Translations under genes and position numbers: made by a program | From: a virus | Virus record (IMG/VR): IMGVR_UViG_3300018890_000001 | Coordinates: 628 to 64,627 of that record | Strand: one strand, 5' to 3' | Length of the DNA stretch: 64,000 nt | Notes under the pieces: model-generated | What the model was told of the DNA's origin: nothing | Database searches by the model: none | Seen by the model: the letters and a program-made list of their open reading frames with translations, nothing else | Shown: positions 26,668 to 35,845 of the stretch, in pieces | Layout of the letters: each line of letters begins with the position of its first letter | Numbering within the stretch: position 1 is the first letter of the stretch

Positions 26668-27138
26668 TTACGTTTGCAATCGGTCTAACTCACCGTTTAG
26701 CACGGTACCGACAATTTCAGAGCCTTTAAATAGTTCATACTCACCATTTAGCTCTGGTTTGTAATCCTTGATGTAAGCATCTGGGTATCCGTGGACTTTG
26801 TAAGTACGCCGTATTGTTTTCCTTAGTGCGTCATGATCGCCGCGAAGCGGTATCGTTGGTGACTGCGCGTACCCGATTTGAACTTGTGGCGGTGGCGCGA
26901 GCCATACCGTGCATTTGGTTGCCAGTATGAACTCCCAACGTTTTCTAGCAGGCAGTTTAATTCGCAAGAGTAGCGGATTCCGCCATTGATTTTTAGGTTC
27001 CTTGAAAAACGAATCTTCGTAGCGGTCAGTTACGATCGCCCCGGTCTGAGAAATTGCTCGTTCTAACAATTTCAATCGTCGTTTCGACTGATTTCTTAAC
27101 TCTGCGTCCCAGTATTCGTAGATAATTTCTGTGTCCAT
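26668..27138 (-). CDS. Hypothetical protein
   Basis: 156-aa ORF. Confidence 0.65.
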   Translation of the reverse strand: MDTEIIYEYWDAELRNQSKRRLKLLERAISQTGAIVTDRYEDSFFKEPKNQWRNPLLLRIKLPARKRWEFILATKCTVWLAPPPQVQIGYAQSPTIPLRGDHDALRKTIRRTYKVHGYPDAYIKDYKPELNGEYELFKGSEIVGTVLNGELDRLQT

Positions 27139-27392
27139 TTTTTGATTGCTAAATTTGTTTGTCCGCCAGCTTCTTCGTGGTAAATGTCTAGTAAATCAAG
27201 TCTTTCCGTAGCATAGAGTTCGTTTAGCTTTGGGTTTTGCTCGACGGTTGCCGCTAGTGCGAGTATTTGTTGCGTTAGTGTATCCTCTAATTCTTCAATG
27301 TCTATGTCTATATCACCACAATTGATTTTACCCAAAGTTATTGCGATAGCTTGCAGGTGAAGGATTATTGTTGCTTTCATGATAATGATCAT
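27096..27392 (-). CDS. Hypothetical protein
   Basis: 98-aa ORF overlapping the start of the downstream gene. Confidence 0.5.
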   Translation of the reverse strand: MIIIMKATIILHLQAIAITLGKINCGDIDIDIEELEDTLTQQILALAATVEQNPKLNELYATERLDLLDIYHEEAGGQTNLAIKKWTQKLSTNTGTQS

Positions 27393-27455
27393 CGATTATA
27401 TTACCAACCAGTATACAATATAAAGTACACTGTTGTAATAGAATAAGGAGTTTAT

Positions 27456-27800
27456 ATGGCTAGTTATTCGGACGCTGAATACGATGAATGGTATGACAAA
27501 CTAATGGGTGCAAGAAACACTGACGTTTTGGTATCTTTAGATCGCGATTTACGAAAAATCACGATTTATTTAGCTTGTGCAGACTACAAGCGAGATTGTT
27601 TGTTGGATGCGATAAGTGATTTTGATAGCGCTAGTCTGGTGGGATTGCATTTTGAGAGAGAAACTGGCAGCCCAGATACTTACGTCATTGAAGTTAACGG
27701 AGCGTGGAATATTGATAAAATTTGCTTGCAGTTGATAGAAAGAATCAAACTGGAGGGTGTCGGTATTGATGTGCAGGTTCAGGATACTTCACTGTCCTAG
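27456..27800 (+). CDS. Hypothetical protein
   Basis: 114 aa; AAGGAG RBS. Confidence 0.7.
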   Translation: MASYSDAEYDEWYDKLMGARNTDVLVSLDRDLRKITIYLACADYKRDCLLDAISDFDSASLVGLHFERETGSPDTYVIEVNGAWNIDKICLQLIERIKLEGVGIDVQVQDTSLS

Positions 27801-27802
27801 CG

Positions 27803-28054
27803 CTAATACCCGTATTCTTCCAGCCAGCGATACAGATTGTCTAAATCTTTGTCGCTGGGTACCCCACGCTGAGCCAGAAAACGAGTGGAGTTAGTAACGG
27901 TTTAACTTCAGAAAAGGCGGCACCTTGGATTTTGCCAAATAATCAAGGGTATCCAAACGATGACGATCGATACGCCTAGCGAAAGGCAACTGGCTAGCAA
28001 GCAATCAGATGCAAATGAATTAATTGTCATTTCGGCAACTCCATTTCTGTCCAT
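27803..28054 (-). pseudogene. Small membrane-protein gene with two in-frame stops
   Basis: MDRNG...IVIVWIPLIIWQNPRCRLF*S*TVTN...YRWLEEYGY*; TGA at 27908-27910 and TAA at 27902-27904. Confidence 0.35.
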
Positions 28055-28091
28055 TCTGCAATTCTACGCTCGAAGCAACTGATTTCTTGAA

Positions 28092-28131
28092 TAAAAAGAG
28101 GGTGATCGGTTAATTCCGATCGCCCTCTTTT
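28092..28131. terminator. Bidirectional terminator, CGATCG-core family
   Basis: AAAAAGAGGGTGATCGG / CCGATCGCCCTCTTTTT. Confidence 0.8.
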
Positions 28132-28502
28132 TATTCAACTGCCACCAGGGAACTTTCTCGTTCGCGATGTCTCCTGATTATTTTTGCGAACAATTTTTCA
28201 GCGGTGGTAATTGCTGAAAGTTTGAGCAAATTACGGGCAACGTATCTATCTTGTTCGGACAACTTGTACCGACGGTCGATCGCCGCCAGTTCAGCTATCC
28301 GGGCTTCGTAGTTCGTGCAGTTATGGCGCAAGTGAGCTTTCACCATTTCTTCGGTTACTTTTTCTACTGGGATTTTCCAGTATACCGCTGTCGATTGCAC
28401 GAAATCCGCGAGTTCGGGTGTGCGACGCACCGTAGGATAAATGCGTACTTTTGATGCCCATTCAACTGCCAGCGTCGTTTTTTCTCGCCAGGTTTTGCCC
28501 AT
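28131..28502 (-). CDS. Hypothetical protein
   Basis: 123 aa; LRHNCTNYE motif; end of the nrdJ operon. Confidence 0.65.
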   Translation of the reverse strand: MGKTWREKTTLAVEWASKVRIYPTVRRTPELADFVQSTAVYWKIPVEKVTEEMVKAHLRHNCTNYEARIAELAAIDRRYKLSEQDRYVARNLLKLSAITTAEKLFAKIIRRHRERESSLVAVE

Positions 28503-28504
28503 AG

Positions 28505-28714
28505 CTACGCCACCAATCCCTTCCTTTTTGGTGTTTTCCTCCGCTGCCCCTTCCCTTGTCGGGTATGCGTTGCTGGAACTTTTACAGGTTGCTCTGCTGT
28601 GACTTTACCCGATTCGTCTTTTACAGCAACACTGGCAATTAAGCGCAGTACGCGAGAAACTTCTGCGGGCGATCGGTAGTCGAGCACTTGATATTTATTC
28701 GGTTTCGGTTTCAT
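28505..28714 (-). CDS. Small basic hypothetical protein
   Basis: MKPKPNKYQV... preceded by GGAGG. Confidence 0.55.
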   Translation of the reverse strand: MKPKPNKYQVLDYRSPAEVSRVLRLIASVAVKDESGKVTAEQPVKVPATHTRQGKGQRRKTPKRKGLVA

Positions 28715-29093
28715 TGTGTTTCCTCCATTCTTCGTATTGAACCTTGATTTTCTCGGAATACTTGGCAAACAAACGTGAATCTCGCTGTGTCCATTCAAAT
28801 TCATTTCCGGTAATAAGCCCCTTTAGTAAATAAGAAGGGTACTTGCCAAGTTCTGGAATCGTACAGTTTGTGCGCCCTTGATAAAGGTGGGGATGTGCAA
28901 TACCGTTTTCGTCAACATAATCGCGATCGATGCGACGGATTACTTTTCCAATTATTTCACCAGAGGTGCTATGGCGCACAATATCTCCTGGTTGGTACAG
29001 ATACTGAGGGTCTGGTTCTGGTAGGGGCATATCGGCTTGACATCCCCACATCTTGCATTCTCGTGTACCACACGTTCGTTTGCAGTCTTTCAT
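28695..29093 (-). CDS. Hypothetical protein (Cys-rich N-terminus + SH3-like domain)
   Basis: ATGA overlap with the nrdJ stop; CKRTCGTREC and YQPGDIVRH. Confidence 0.6.
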   Translation of the reverse strand: MKDCKRTCGTRECKMWGCQADMPLPEPDPQYLYQPGDIVRHSTSGEIIGKVIRRIDRDYVDENGIAHPHLYQGRTNCTIPELGKYPSYLLKGLITGNEFEWTQRDSRLFAKYSEKIKVQYEEWRKHNETETE

Positions 29094-30256
29094 GTTTGTG
29101 GTTCCGACAATGGTATCAAGCACTTGTCGGAATCGCAAGCTGCTGGTCCTTCGACTTCCTCTGGCGAAGTGTACCTAGAAAGTGCTTTGTAGAAATCGTC
29201 GCAGGTGCGTCGAGCTTCTACTTCTTGGCAGAGACAGTCATAAGTTTCTCGGGTGATCGGTTGAAAAGGCATTCGGGGGAACGTTTCATATTCATCGAAG
29301 CGGGCGAGGATCGCTGCTGATACGTAACCTTCGTCATTTTGGATTGCATCAAAAATAGCTTTCGCTAAATCGGCAACTTCATGTTCTCGCACCTCAATTG
29401 TCGCTGAAGTGTTGTGGGTGGTGTAGTTTTTCTGCACATTCAGGTAGTAGTCAAGTTGGGCGGTTGCTGAAAATTGACTAATATCGATTTTTTCTACACC
29501 AGGTAAGTTGGCCCAGCTCACGGCAGTCGGAATTTCAATCAACCATTCAGTGCAGCGCTCATCAAACGGATCGTCGAGCAATTGTCCGTTTTCGTCTTTG
29601 TCGGATTGTGCCGGTACGACCGTATATCCGTACTCGATCGCAGCAAGGGCGATCGGATTGTTTTTGCCGATCGTAATCCTGCGAATAAACCACTGTGCTT
29701 TTGGCGGATGCCAACCTGGAGACGCACCTGTCAGCAAAGCTTTGCTGCCCGAGGGCTGGATCGTATTACATCGATTCGGACACTTCAACCCATGTTGATC
29801 GCAATAATCTCGCACCGTAGTTTCGACTGTTTTTCGCCAGCGCACTAAGTAAGCCGTTTCGATATCTCGATACAGCGTCCCAAAATTCCAACCAGATTCG
29901 TCAACGAGTTCATAATTGTCAACATAAATGTCGAGTAATTGGGAGATTTTTTGAACATTTTGCTCAACTATTGGTTGTGGATAAAAGTCTGGGCGACCAT
30001 CAGCAAACCATTGCAACCATTTAGCTCCTAGTGCATTGACACAGAAATCAAACCAGCCAGTAAAGGAAACTCCGACAATCGGATCGAGATCGCGACTGTA
30101 CTGATATAGTGGCTCTGCAAATTGGTGTTGAAGCAAAGTCGAAACGAGTAAGCCGCCAGCGTAAAAAGCAGTATCCTGTTCTTCTAAATTGAATGGATCA
30201 AGTTGGTTAAGGTGTACCTCAGAGAGATTACATAAAAAATTTGAGCCGATAATTTC
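29090..30256 (-). CDS. nrdJ: Class II (B12-dependent, monomeric RTPR) ribonucleotide reductase, exon 2
   Basis: EIIGSNFLCNLSEVH...VGVSFTGWFD...TIQPSGSKALLTGASPGWH...ACDSDKC. Confidence 0.95.
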   Translation of the reverse strand, partial: EIIGSNFLCNLSEVHLNQLDPFNLEEQDTAFYAGGLLVSTLLQHQFAEPLYQYSRDLDPIVGVSFTGWFDFCVNALGAKWLQWFADGRPDFYPQPIVEQNVQKISQLLDIYVDNYELVDESGWNFGTLYRDIETAYLVRWRKTVETTVRDYCDQHGLKCPNRCNTIQPSGSKALLTGASPGWHPPKAQWFIRRITIGKNNPIALAAIEYGYTVVPAQSDKDENGQLLDDPFDERCTEWLIEIPTAVSWANLPGVEKIDISQFSATAQLDYYLNVQKNYTTHNTSATIEVREHEVADLAKAIFDAIQNDEGYVSAAILARFDEYETFPRMPFQPITRETYDCLCQEVEARRTCDDFYKALSRYTSPEEVEGPAACDSDKCLIPLSEPQT

Positions 30257-30505
30257 CAATTTGTTATCCCAAGGGCTTTTTATCCTTTGGTTCTACAGAT
30301 TTAAGTTTTCTGTAGGTCGGCGTACTTTTTGTATGTATATTCTTGTTACATACCTCCGCACTCTTGCCAATTTTATATTCTCTTTCGAGGTTCAATTGGT
30401 ACGCTCTACGGTGTCATGAGTTTTTTGGCTCTCGTGATTACCTCGGAATTGGCGTTTCAGCTTTCTCCGATTTTGCGAAGTTTTTAACGTGAGGCAAAAT
30501 TATCT
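30257..30505 (-). ncRNA. ORF-less group I intron (249 nt) in nrdJ
   Basis: The 5' exon ends in U paired to G in P1 and the intron ends in G. P10 pairs GAUAAUUUU with the 3' exon GAAAUUAUC. P7 pairs GAGCGUAC with GUACGCC with a bulged A. Removal restores NPCG-EII. Confidence 0.9.
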
Positions 30506-31729
30506 ACCACACGGATTTAGACCTAATCGCGATAAGCGATGATCTAACTCTTTAACAGGCATTGACGGATAACCATCTTGCATCCATTTTCGAGATTCAC
30601 CGCGATCGTAGGCTTCTAAGAATGAGGTTCTAAGGAGTTCGTTTGTAAGTAAATCTACATTGCATCTCGCAACCGCTTCGCCACCCCATTGGATCGCTCC
30701 TTCACCAGAGCGATATTGTTTAGCAACAGATTCTTTGCATTCTTCAAGTGTGGGTTTATGATGAAATACAAGCGAGTGATTAGCCATTCTTAAAGCATCA
30801 CGCTTTGGATCAATACGCCAATTTCCTTCCGTATCTTGCCCCCAAAGATTGTCCTTAGCGGATGCTCCGATTTTGTCGTTATGATTGAACTGTCGAATTC
30901 CTGCTGTTCGCCTAACGTTTCCGGCAACAATTACAATTGCCGCTTCATCAATTAACAAACTGCACTCAACTGAATTCAATCTGCGCCCGATTGCCCCATT
31001 TAATATTAAAGCGCACTTATCAAACAATTCGGGTAGTTTGATAGGGTTGGAAATGCCTCCGAACCCCTTAAGCTTTTCGCCAGCAGGACGTACAGAGCCT
31101 AGTCCAATATGGACTTTGATTGGTTCGTTAGCCAGATAACTACAATCGAACGCTAGATTGATCAACGCTTGATATGCGTCCACCCAACCTTTGCGGCTAT
31201 CTCCAACCCAAATCACAGATGTTATTGAGTTGTTGATCTGTTTAGTTTCATTTTTTCGTTGGTGTGGTGCGTACTCACCAATTTCAGAGAAGATTTCAAT
31301 CTTCAGTTGATTGCGGACTATCGGCAGGCGATCGATACAATCTTCAGTTAGGACTGCGCCAGTGCCGCAACCTTGCATTCCTAAATCCATCAACAAACCA
31401 AAAACTTCCAAGGATGTCAGCTTTAAACTGGTGCAGTTGTAAGCTCCTGGGAAGTTTTCTGGTTGTTCTATCCATTCTCGGCCGCCTACCCAAAGCCAGC
31501 GACCGGACGATAGACATTTGAAATTATACTGTTGCTCGTACAATAGGTCGTACTCCTCTTCACTTAACTTTCCTAGCTTTGAAATACCATCAATTGTCCG
31601 ATCGCACACTTCTTTCCAGGTTTCTCGGACACCGTTGTTGTTGTGTGAGTAGGAACGAAAAAATACAAATGGGGCTGATGGTGCATTTTCTGGGAACATT
31701 GGCATAATTGTTATTTCCTTGTGTTTCAA
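30506..31729 (-). CDS. nrdJ: Class II ribonucleotide reductase, exon 1
   Basis: FFRSYS...ETWKEVCDR...SGRWLWVGG...AYNCTS...GCGTG...GDSRKGW...AGNVRRTA...GLNPCG. Confidence 0.95.
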
Positions 31730-31731
31730 TC

Positions 31732-32280
31732 CTAGAATGGTAGCTCTAGTTGTACGTGATTGGATTTGAACCGTCGTTTGCGAGGTGATCCGGGTTGAAT
31801 GTTTTCCCAGCGTTTCCCACTTATAATTTTAGACACGTTAGAACCCGATATCTCGAATTTGTCGGCAATTTCTTTGTGTGTGTATTTACCACTTTGCCCA
31901 AGCTTTCTAATTTGCAAGATTTGCTTTTTGTTTAGCTTGGTATTACCAGATCCGATCTTTTTTTTGTGGGTTCCGTGTCTAATTTTATCAGCGGTGTTTT
32001 CAGCTTTTGTCCCCCATTTCAAATTGGTAAGACAATTGTTTAATCGATCGCCATCTCGATGACAACCTTCGTAACTAGAGTCTGGTGGGTATCCGTAGAA
32101 AGCGAGTAACACCACGCGGTGTAGTGCTTTTAACTTTCCCCTTATTCTGACATAAAAATAACCGTCACTGAGTATCCAGCACGGTTGTTTTTTTTCTAAC
32201 AGAAAAACATTTCCAAATATATCGACTTCATATTCGGGGGCGTATGGTATTGGTTTTTGGAATAATGCTGGTTGCAGCAT
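31732..32280 (-). CDS. Free-standing HNH homing endonuclease with C-terminal HTH
   Basis: LHRVVLLAF.G.P...CHRDGDRLNN.L.NL.WGT.AEN, followed by HKEIADKFEISGSNVSKI. Confidence 0.85.
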   Translation of the reverse strand: MLQPALFQKPIPYAPEYEVDIFGNVFLLEKKQPCWILSDGYFYVRIRGKLKALHRVVLLAFYGYPPDSSYEGCHRDGDRLNNCLTNLKWGTKAENTADKIRHGTHKKKIGSGNTKLNKKQILQIRKLGQSGKYTHKEIADKFEISGSNVSKIISGKRWENIQPGSPRKRRFKSNHVQLELPF

Positions 32281-32337
32281 ACCTGAGATATAGTTGACTA
32301 CTCTTCAAGTATGCCACAACCTATCGATTATGCCCGA

Positions 32338-34476
32338 TTAAAATGTGAGGTAATTTGGTTCATCTAATGCTTCCAGAATCACTTCGACGTGTCTTGATTG
32401 TGCGTCGCCTTTGTTGCAGAATTCTTGCAAGGCTTCGCATGAAATCACGTCGCTCAATGAAAGCCCGTAGTCTCGCATTTGGTTGAACGCATTATCGCAA
32501 TGGTTACTTGTTAACAAGTTGGTGCGAATCAGTTCGACATTAGGTTGACCTACATCTGGTAGTTTGATTTCGATAGGTGTCGTTTCGACTCCCTGAATTT
32601 GTTTTTCAACTTTGGGTGTCGTCTTCGCGACCTTCTTGGGTTTAACCGCGTTCTCCGTTGCAACCTTACCGTTTTTCCCGATCGCCAATCGTTCTTCTTT
32701 GCTCAAGCAACCGTATTGTGCTGCAACTTTCAATCGCGAATCAAGTGGCTTGATAGCTTCTTTGTTTCCAGCTCGGTACAATTCGGCGGCTTCGTAAACT
32801 TCAGTGCTTGCTAATTGGAGACGGTCACAGATCACCTCGGTGTTTAGGTCGCTCCAGTGACCTTTGATGTAGCTACCGACAGCGCCCCAAGCTTCTGAGG
32901 CAATCACTGCGAGAAAGTGACGCCCGACGGAATGCGTTAAAAACGTTTTGACTTCGGGATTGTTGATTGCACCTTGAAAGGTTGCGATCGGGCTTTCAGG
33001 CAAAGGTTCGTTATTTTTTCGAGCCTGTGCGCGTTCGTGGTTTGTGCGGTAGGTATCGAAAGCTGTTTTCAGAATCTCTTCTGCTTTTTTAATGAGTTCA
33101 CCGTCTAACTCTGGTTCTCGCTCAGGTTCCGGAGATTCCGGTGTTGGGTCGGACGCAACTTCTTTTGTGACGATTGGTGGCTCTGGAATTGGTTCAGGAG
33201 TGACGTGCGTCAAAAAGTCAACCACGTCCTCAGCTTGAATTTCGATCGCCCGCTCAACATCCAAAGGAGGTAGCGGTGGTTTTGGAACAATCTGCGACAG
33301 TACGATCGCCTGCTTTTCAGAAGGCATTGCAGTAAAAGCACCGACAAATACTTCTGGTTGAACTTCGCTTAAGTTGCTGGCAGCGAAAATCTGCCCATCA
33401 GTGTAGTTAGCTTCTGCGGTTGCTCTCAGTTTGTCAATTTCTTGGAGCAGTGGCTTTTCTGCGTGCTCTACTGCGAGCTTGATTTTGTCGAGGTGTCCTT
33501 TTTCGGAAACCAGGTGTAGTAAATCCCCGACTACTTTGGCATCTTTCGGCTTTGCACGTACCAGATCTTTGGTTGGAATTTTTTCGCTTGTACCGTCAAG
33601 GCACAACACTTCGACAAGTTCAGAATTTCCAGGTTCGTGATTCTGTATGACTACCGTATGACCGTACAGCGCTTGATGATCCCCTCTGACAATTGCGGCT
33701 TCGTGGAGTCGGGCGATCGGTTCGCCCGTAAATTTCTTTTCGCCTCGGAGTAATTTTTTCTCCTCTCCCGAGTTGTCGAGACGCACAATCACGGCGTCCA
33801 TTACATTAGACAGTACATTACCGTCTGAAGATATTTCTTCGTCGATAATTTCGACAGCGACGCCTCTCATGGTTTTGTCGAACTCTACCCGATCACCGAC
33901 TTCAGGCAACGTATAGGTTTTAATCAAATTACCGACGCGGGCGACAACTAAATCGTTTTTGGGATCTGTTTCATTCGCCACGGTTACGTCCCCTACCAAT
34001 TCATCCAAAATGGCGATCGCCACCTGCCTGCGTCGTTCTGTATCCGTGGCACGCACATTTGGTTTGGAGTAGGTATCCGGTAATTTGCCTAACAGCCCAA
34101 AACCAACACCAAGGCCGACTTCTGAAAAAATAGTTTGCAGTGCCGCTTCGGTATCTTCCGGGCGATCGAGCGCCTGCTCCCATTCGATGAGTTTGCGCCC
34201 AATTTCAATGTCTTTGCGGTATGAGGCTTTTAATTGGCGATATTTAGAGCGGAGTTTCTTCTCTTCCCCAGATGCAGCCGCTTGTTCGCGGATCTCGATG
34301 TCGCGCTTACCCAGATCCATATAGTGCTGTCGAATCAAATCTGTCAACTTTGGAGTTTCTTCCAATATCGTAGCGTTTAGATCTTCAAGCGCCAACTCCC
34401 AATCCTTGCCCATATCGACTTCCTTGGTTTTTTCGGTGGAAGTATTTTCCGAGAGATCCAGTCTTTCGTCGCTCAT
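32338..34476 (-). CDS. Large hypothetical protein (coiled-coil N-terminus, KOW/SH3-like middle)
   Basis: 712-aa ORF with acidic Pro-rich linker; no catalytic motif recognised. Confidence 0.75.
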   Translation of the reverse strand: MSDERLDLSENTSTEKTKEVDMGKDWELALEDLNATILEETPKLTDLIRQHYMDLGKRDIEIREQAAASGEEKKLRSKYRQLKASYRKDIEIGRKLIEWEQALDRPEDTEAALQTIFSEVGLGVGFGLLGKLPDTYSKPNVRATDTERRRQVAIAILDELVGDVTVANETDPKNDLVVARVGNLIKTYTLPEVGDRVEFDKTMRGVAVEIIDEEISSDGNVLSNVMDAVIVRLDNSGEEKKLLRGEKKFTGEPIARLHEAAIVRGDHQALYGHTVVIQNHEPGNSELVEVLCLDGTSEKIPTKDLVRAKPKDAKVVGDLLHLVSEKGHLDKIKLAVEHAEKPLLQEIDKLRATAEANYTDGQIFAASNLSEVQPEVFVGAFTAMPSEKQAIVLSQIVPKPPLPPLDVERAIEIQAEDVVDFLTHVTPEPIPEPPIVTKEVASDPTPESPEPEREPELDGELIKKAEEILKTAFDTYRTNHERAQARKNNEPLPESPIATFQGAINNPEVKTFLTHSVGRHFLAVIASEAWGAVGSYIKGHWSDLNTEVICDRLQLASTEVYEAAELYRAGNKEAIKPLDSRLKVAAQYGCLSKEERLAIGKNGKVATENAVKPKKVAKTTPKVEKQIQGVETTPIEIKLPDVGQPNVELIRTNLLTSNHCDNAFNQMRDYGLSLSDVISCEALQEFCNKGDAQSRHVEVILEALDEPNYLTF

Positions 34477-34525
34477 AATATATACTTGGGTAAGTGGTTT
34501 AAGTAGCCTAAGTGGTTCTGGACTG

Positions 34526-34777
34526 TTACTTATTGCGATTAAGGGGCGAAACTGTTTTAGCTGTCAGTTTCGCCTTTTTGTTTGCGTGTGAACGAGACTG
34601 AATGCGTTTCCGTGCGAGATTTTCGTTTAAGACACCGCTGGCGACTGTATCGACTGATACGCCACGTCGAGCGGCTTCATCAATCAGGTAGGGGTGCAAG
34701 CCTTCGACGATACTTACGGATACTGTAATCGTTACGTATTGTACTTCGTAACTAGGTGTGGTTTTGGCGATTGGCAT
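34526..34777 (-). CDS. Small RHH-like DNA-binding protein
   Basis: ITVSVSIVEGLHPYLIDEAARRGVSVDTVASGVL. Confidence 0.6.
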   Translation of the reverse strand: MPIAKTTPSYEVQYVTITVSVSIVEGLHPYLIDEAARRGVSVDTVASGVLNENLARKRIQSRSHANKKAKLTAKTVSPLNRNK

Positions 34778-34933
34778 AAACTTTACTACATTTACTTGTT
34801 CACTACTTTAGCGCGGTTTTGTCTCGAAAATCATTTTGTTACAAAACTTAACGATTAGACTGCAATCTTTGATGATGTGTTCGCTTTGTTTTATGGGTTG
34901 TGTTAGGTTAAGAAATATTTACACCTAAAATCG

Positions 34934-35308
34934 ATGCTACATTGGCTGATTATTGCTGGTGAAATAATTGTCGCAACTATACTAATAGTGCTGGCCGTAA
35001 AAAATGGGCGCAAAATTGACAATCAATTGTCAACTGAAGGCAAGCTTAGAGCTGTTAATGAAAAATTGCAAGCTAGAGTGCTGCGTCTAGAGCTGACTGA
35101 CAAACAACATTCTGATGATATTGATCTTTTACAAAAACAAATGCTTCAAGTTCACGAGTGGGTTAGTCAAGTTACCTTTAGTGATTTCATTGATAAAGTT
35201 GACACGTTAAGAGATCGTGTCAAAGAAACCAAAGAGCAACGTGAACGTCGTCTCGATCGCAATATACAAGCACAAGAATATTACGAACCCCCTAATCACC
35301 AGAAGTAA
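34934..35308 (+). CDS. N-terminal TM + coiled-coil protein
   Basis: Hydrophobic residues 3-23 followed by a heptad-rich region. Confidence 0.65.
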   Translation: MLHWLIIAGEIIVATILIVLAVKNGRKIDNQLSTEGKLRAVNEKLQARVLRLELTDKQHSDDIDLLQKQMLQVHEWVSQVTFSDFIDKVDTLRDRVKETKEQRERRLDRNIQAQEYYEPPNHQK

Positions 35309-35672
35309 AATCTGTGGGATAAGCATCGGGTGGGAGTTCTCTTCGTGGATTAAAACCACTTTTCTTGGTTAAAAATAGTTCCATTTCTGTATTTCTGTGT
35401 TTTAGGATACCAAGTTTTAGGCGGTAGTTGTCAAGACTTTTTTGAACATCTAGTCTAAAGCCTTCATTAGTCATATCCAGGGTGCGTTGAACTTCTTCAC
35501 GGAACATCATTTGTTCTTCACGAATTTTTAATTGCAATTCTTTTAAAAGCATTTGCGATCGCCATGAAGCCAGCCAAAAAGCACCAGCAGCAACCGCTGA
35601 GCCAAAGGTGAAAATTGTAATAAACAATTCAAAAGTGGTCTTAGAATCAGACATTGTTATTACTGACAGCAT
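35292..35672 (-). CDS. N-terminal TM + coiled-coil protein, convergent with the previous gene
   Basis: TM segment followed by coiled coil; 17-nt 3' overlap. Confidence 0.65.
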   Translation of the reverse strand: MLSVITMSDSKTTFELFITIFTFGSAVAAGAFWLASWRSQMLLKELQLKIREEQMMFREEVQRTLDMTNEGFRLDVQKSLDNYRLKLGILKHRNTEMELFLTKKSGFNPRRELPPDAYPTDFTSGD

Positions 35673-35845
35673 AAAATTTTAATAAAAATACACCGAAAAG
35701 CATTGCTGATTTCTCGGTGCAAATATTCTTTGTGGATAAAATTGCGCTAGTAAACCTGCTGTCGAGCGGGTCTTGCCTCATTTTAACAAGTTTTGCACAG
35801 CGAAAATAAATATCGGGAACCAGCAAATTTGCTTGAGTCTCGGAA

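Noticed and set aside
10132-28054. Stop-codon reassignment
   Set aside because: The premature stops are TAG, TAA and TGA, and all three are also used as normal terminators in long intact genes; no suppressor tRNA was seen.
30257-30505. Intein or simple frameshift in nrdJ
   Set aside because: The insert has an immediate in-frame stop and no C/S...HN intein ends, whereas group I splice-site pairings are present.
35731-35739. DnaA-box origin
   Set aside because: A single perfect TGTGGATAA here; the two others seen (29976, 50355) are inside coding regions, so there is no cluster.
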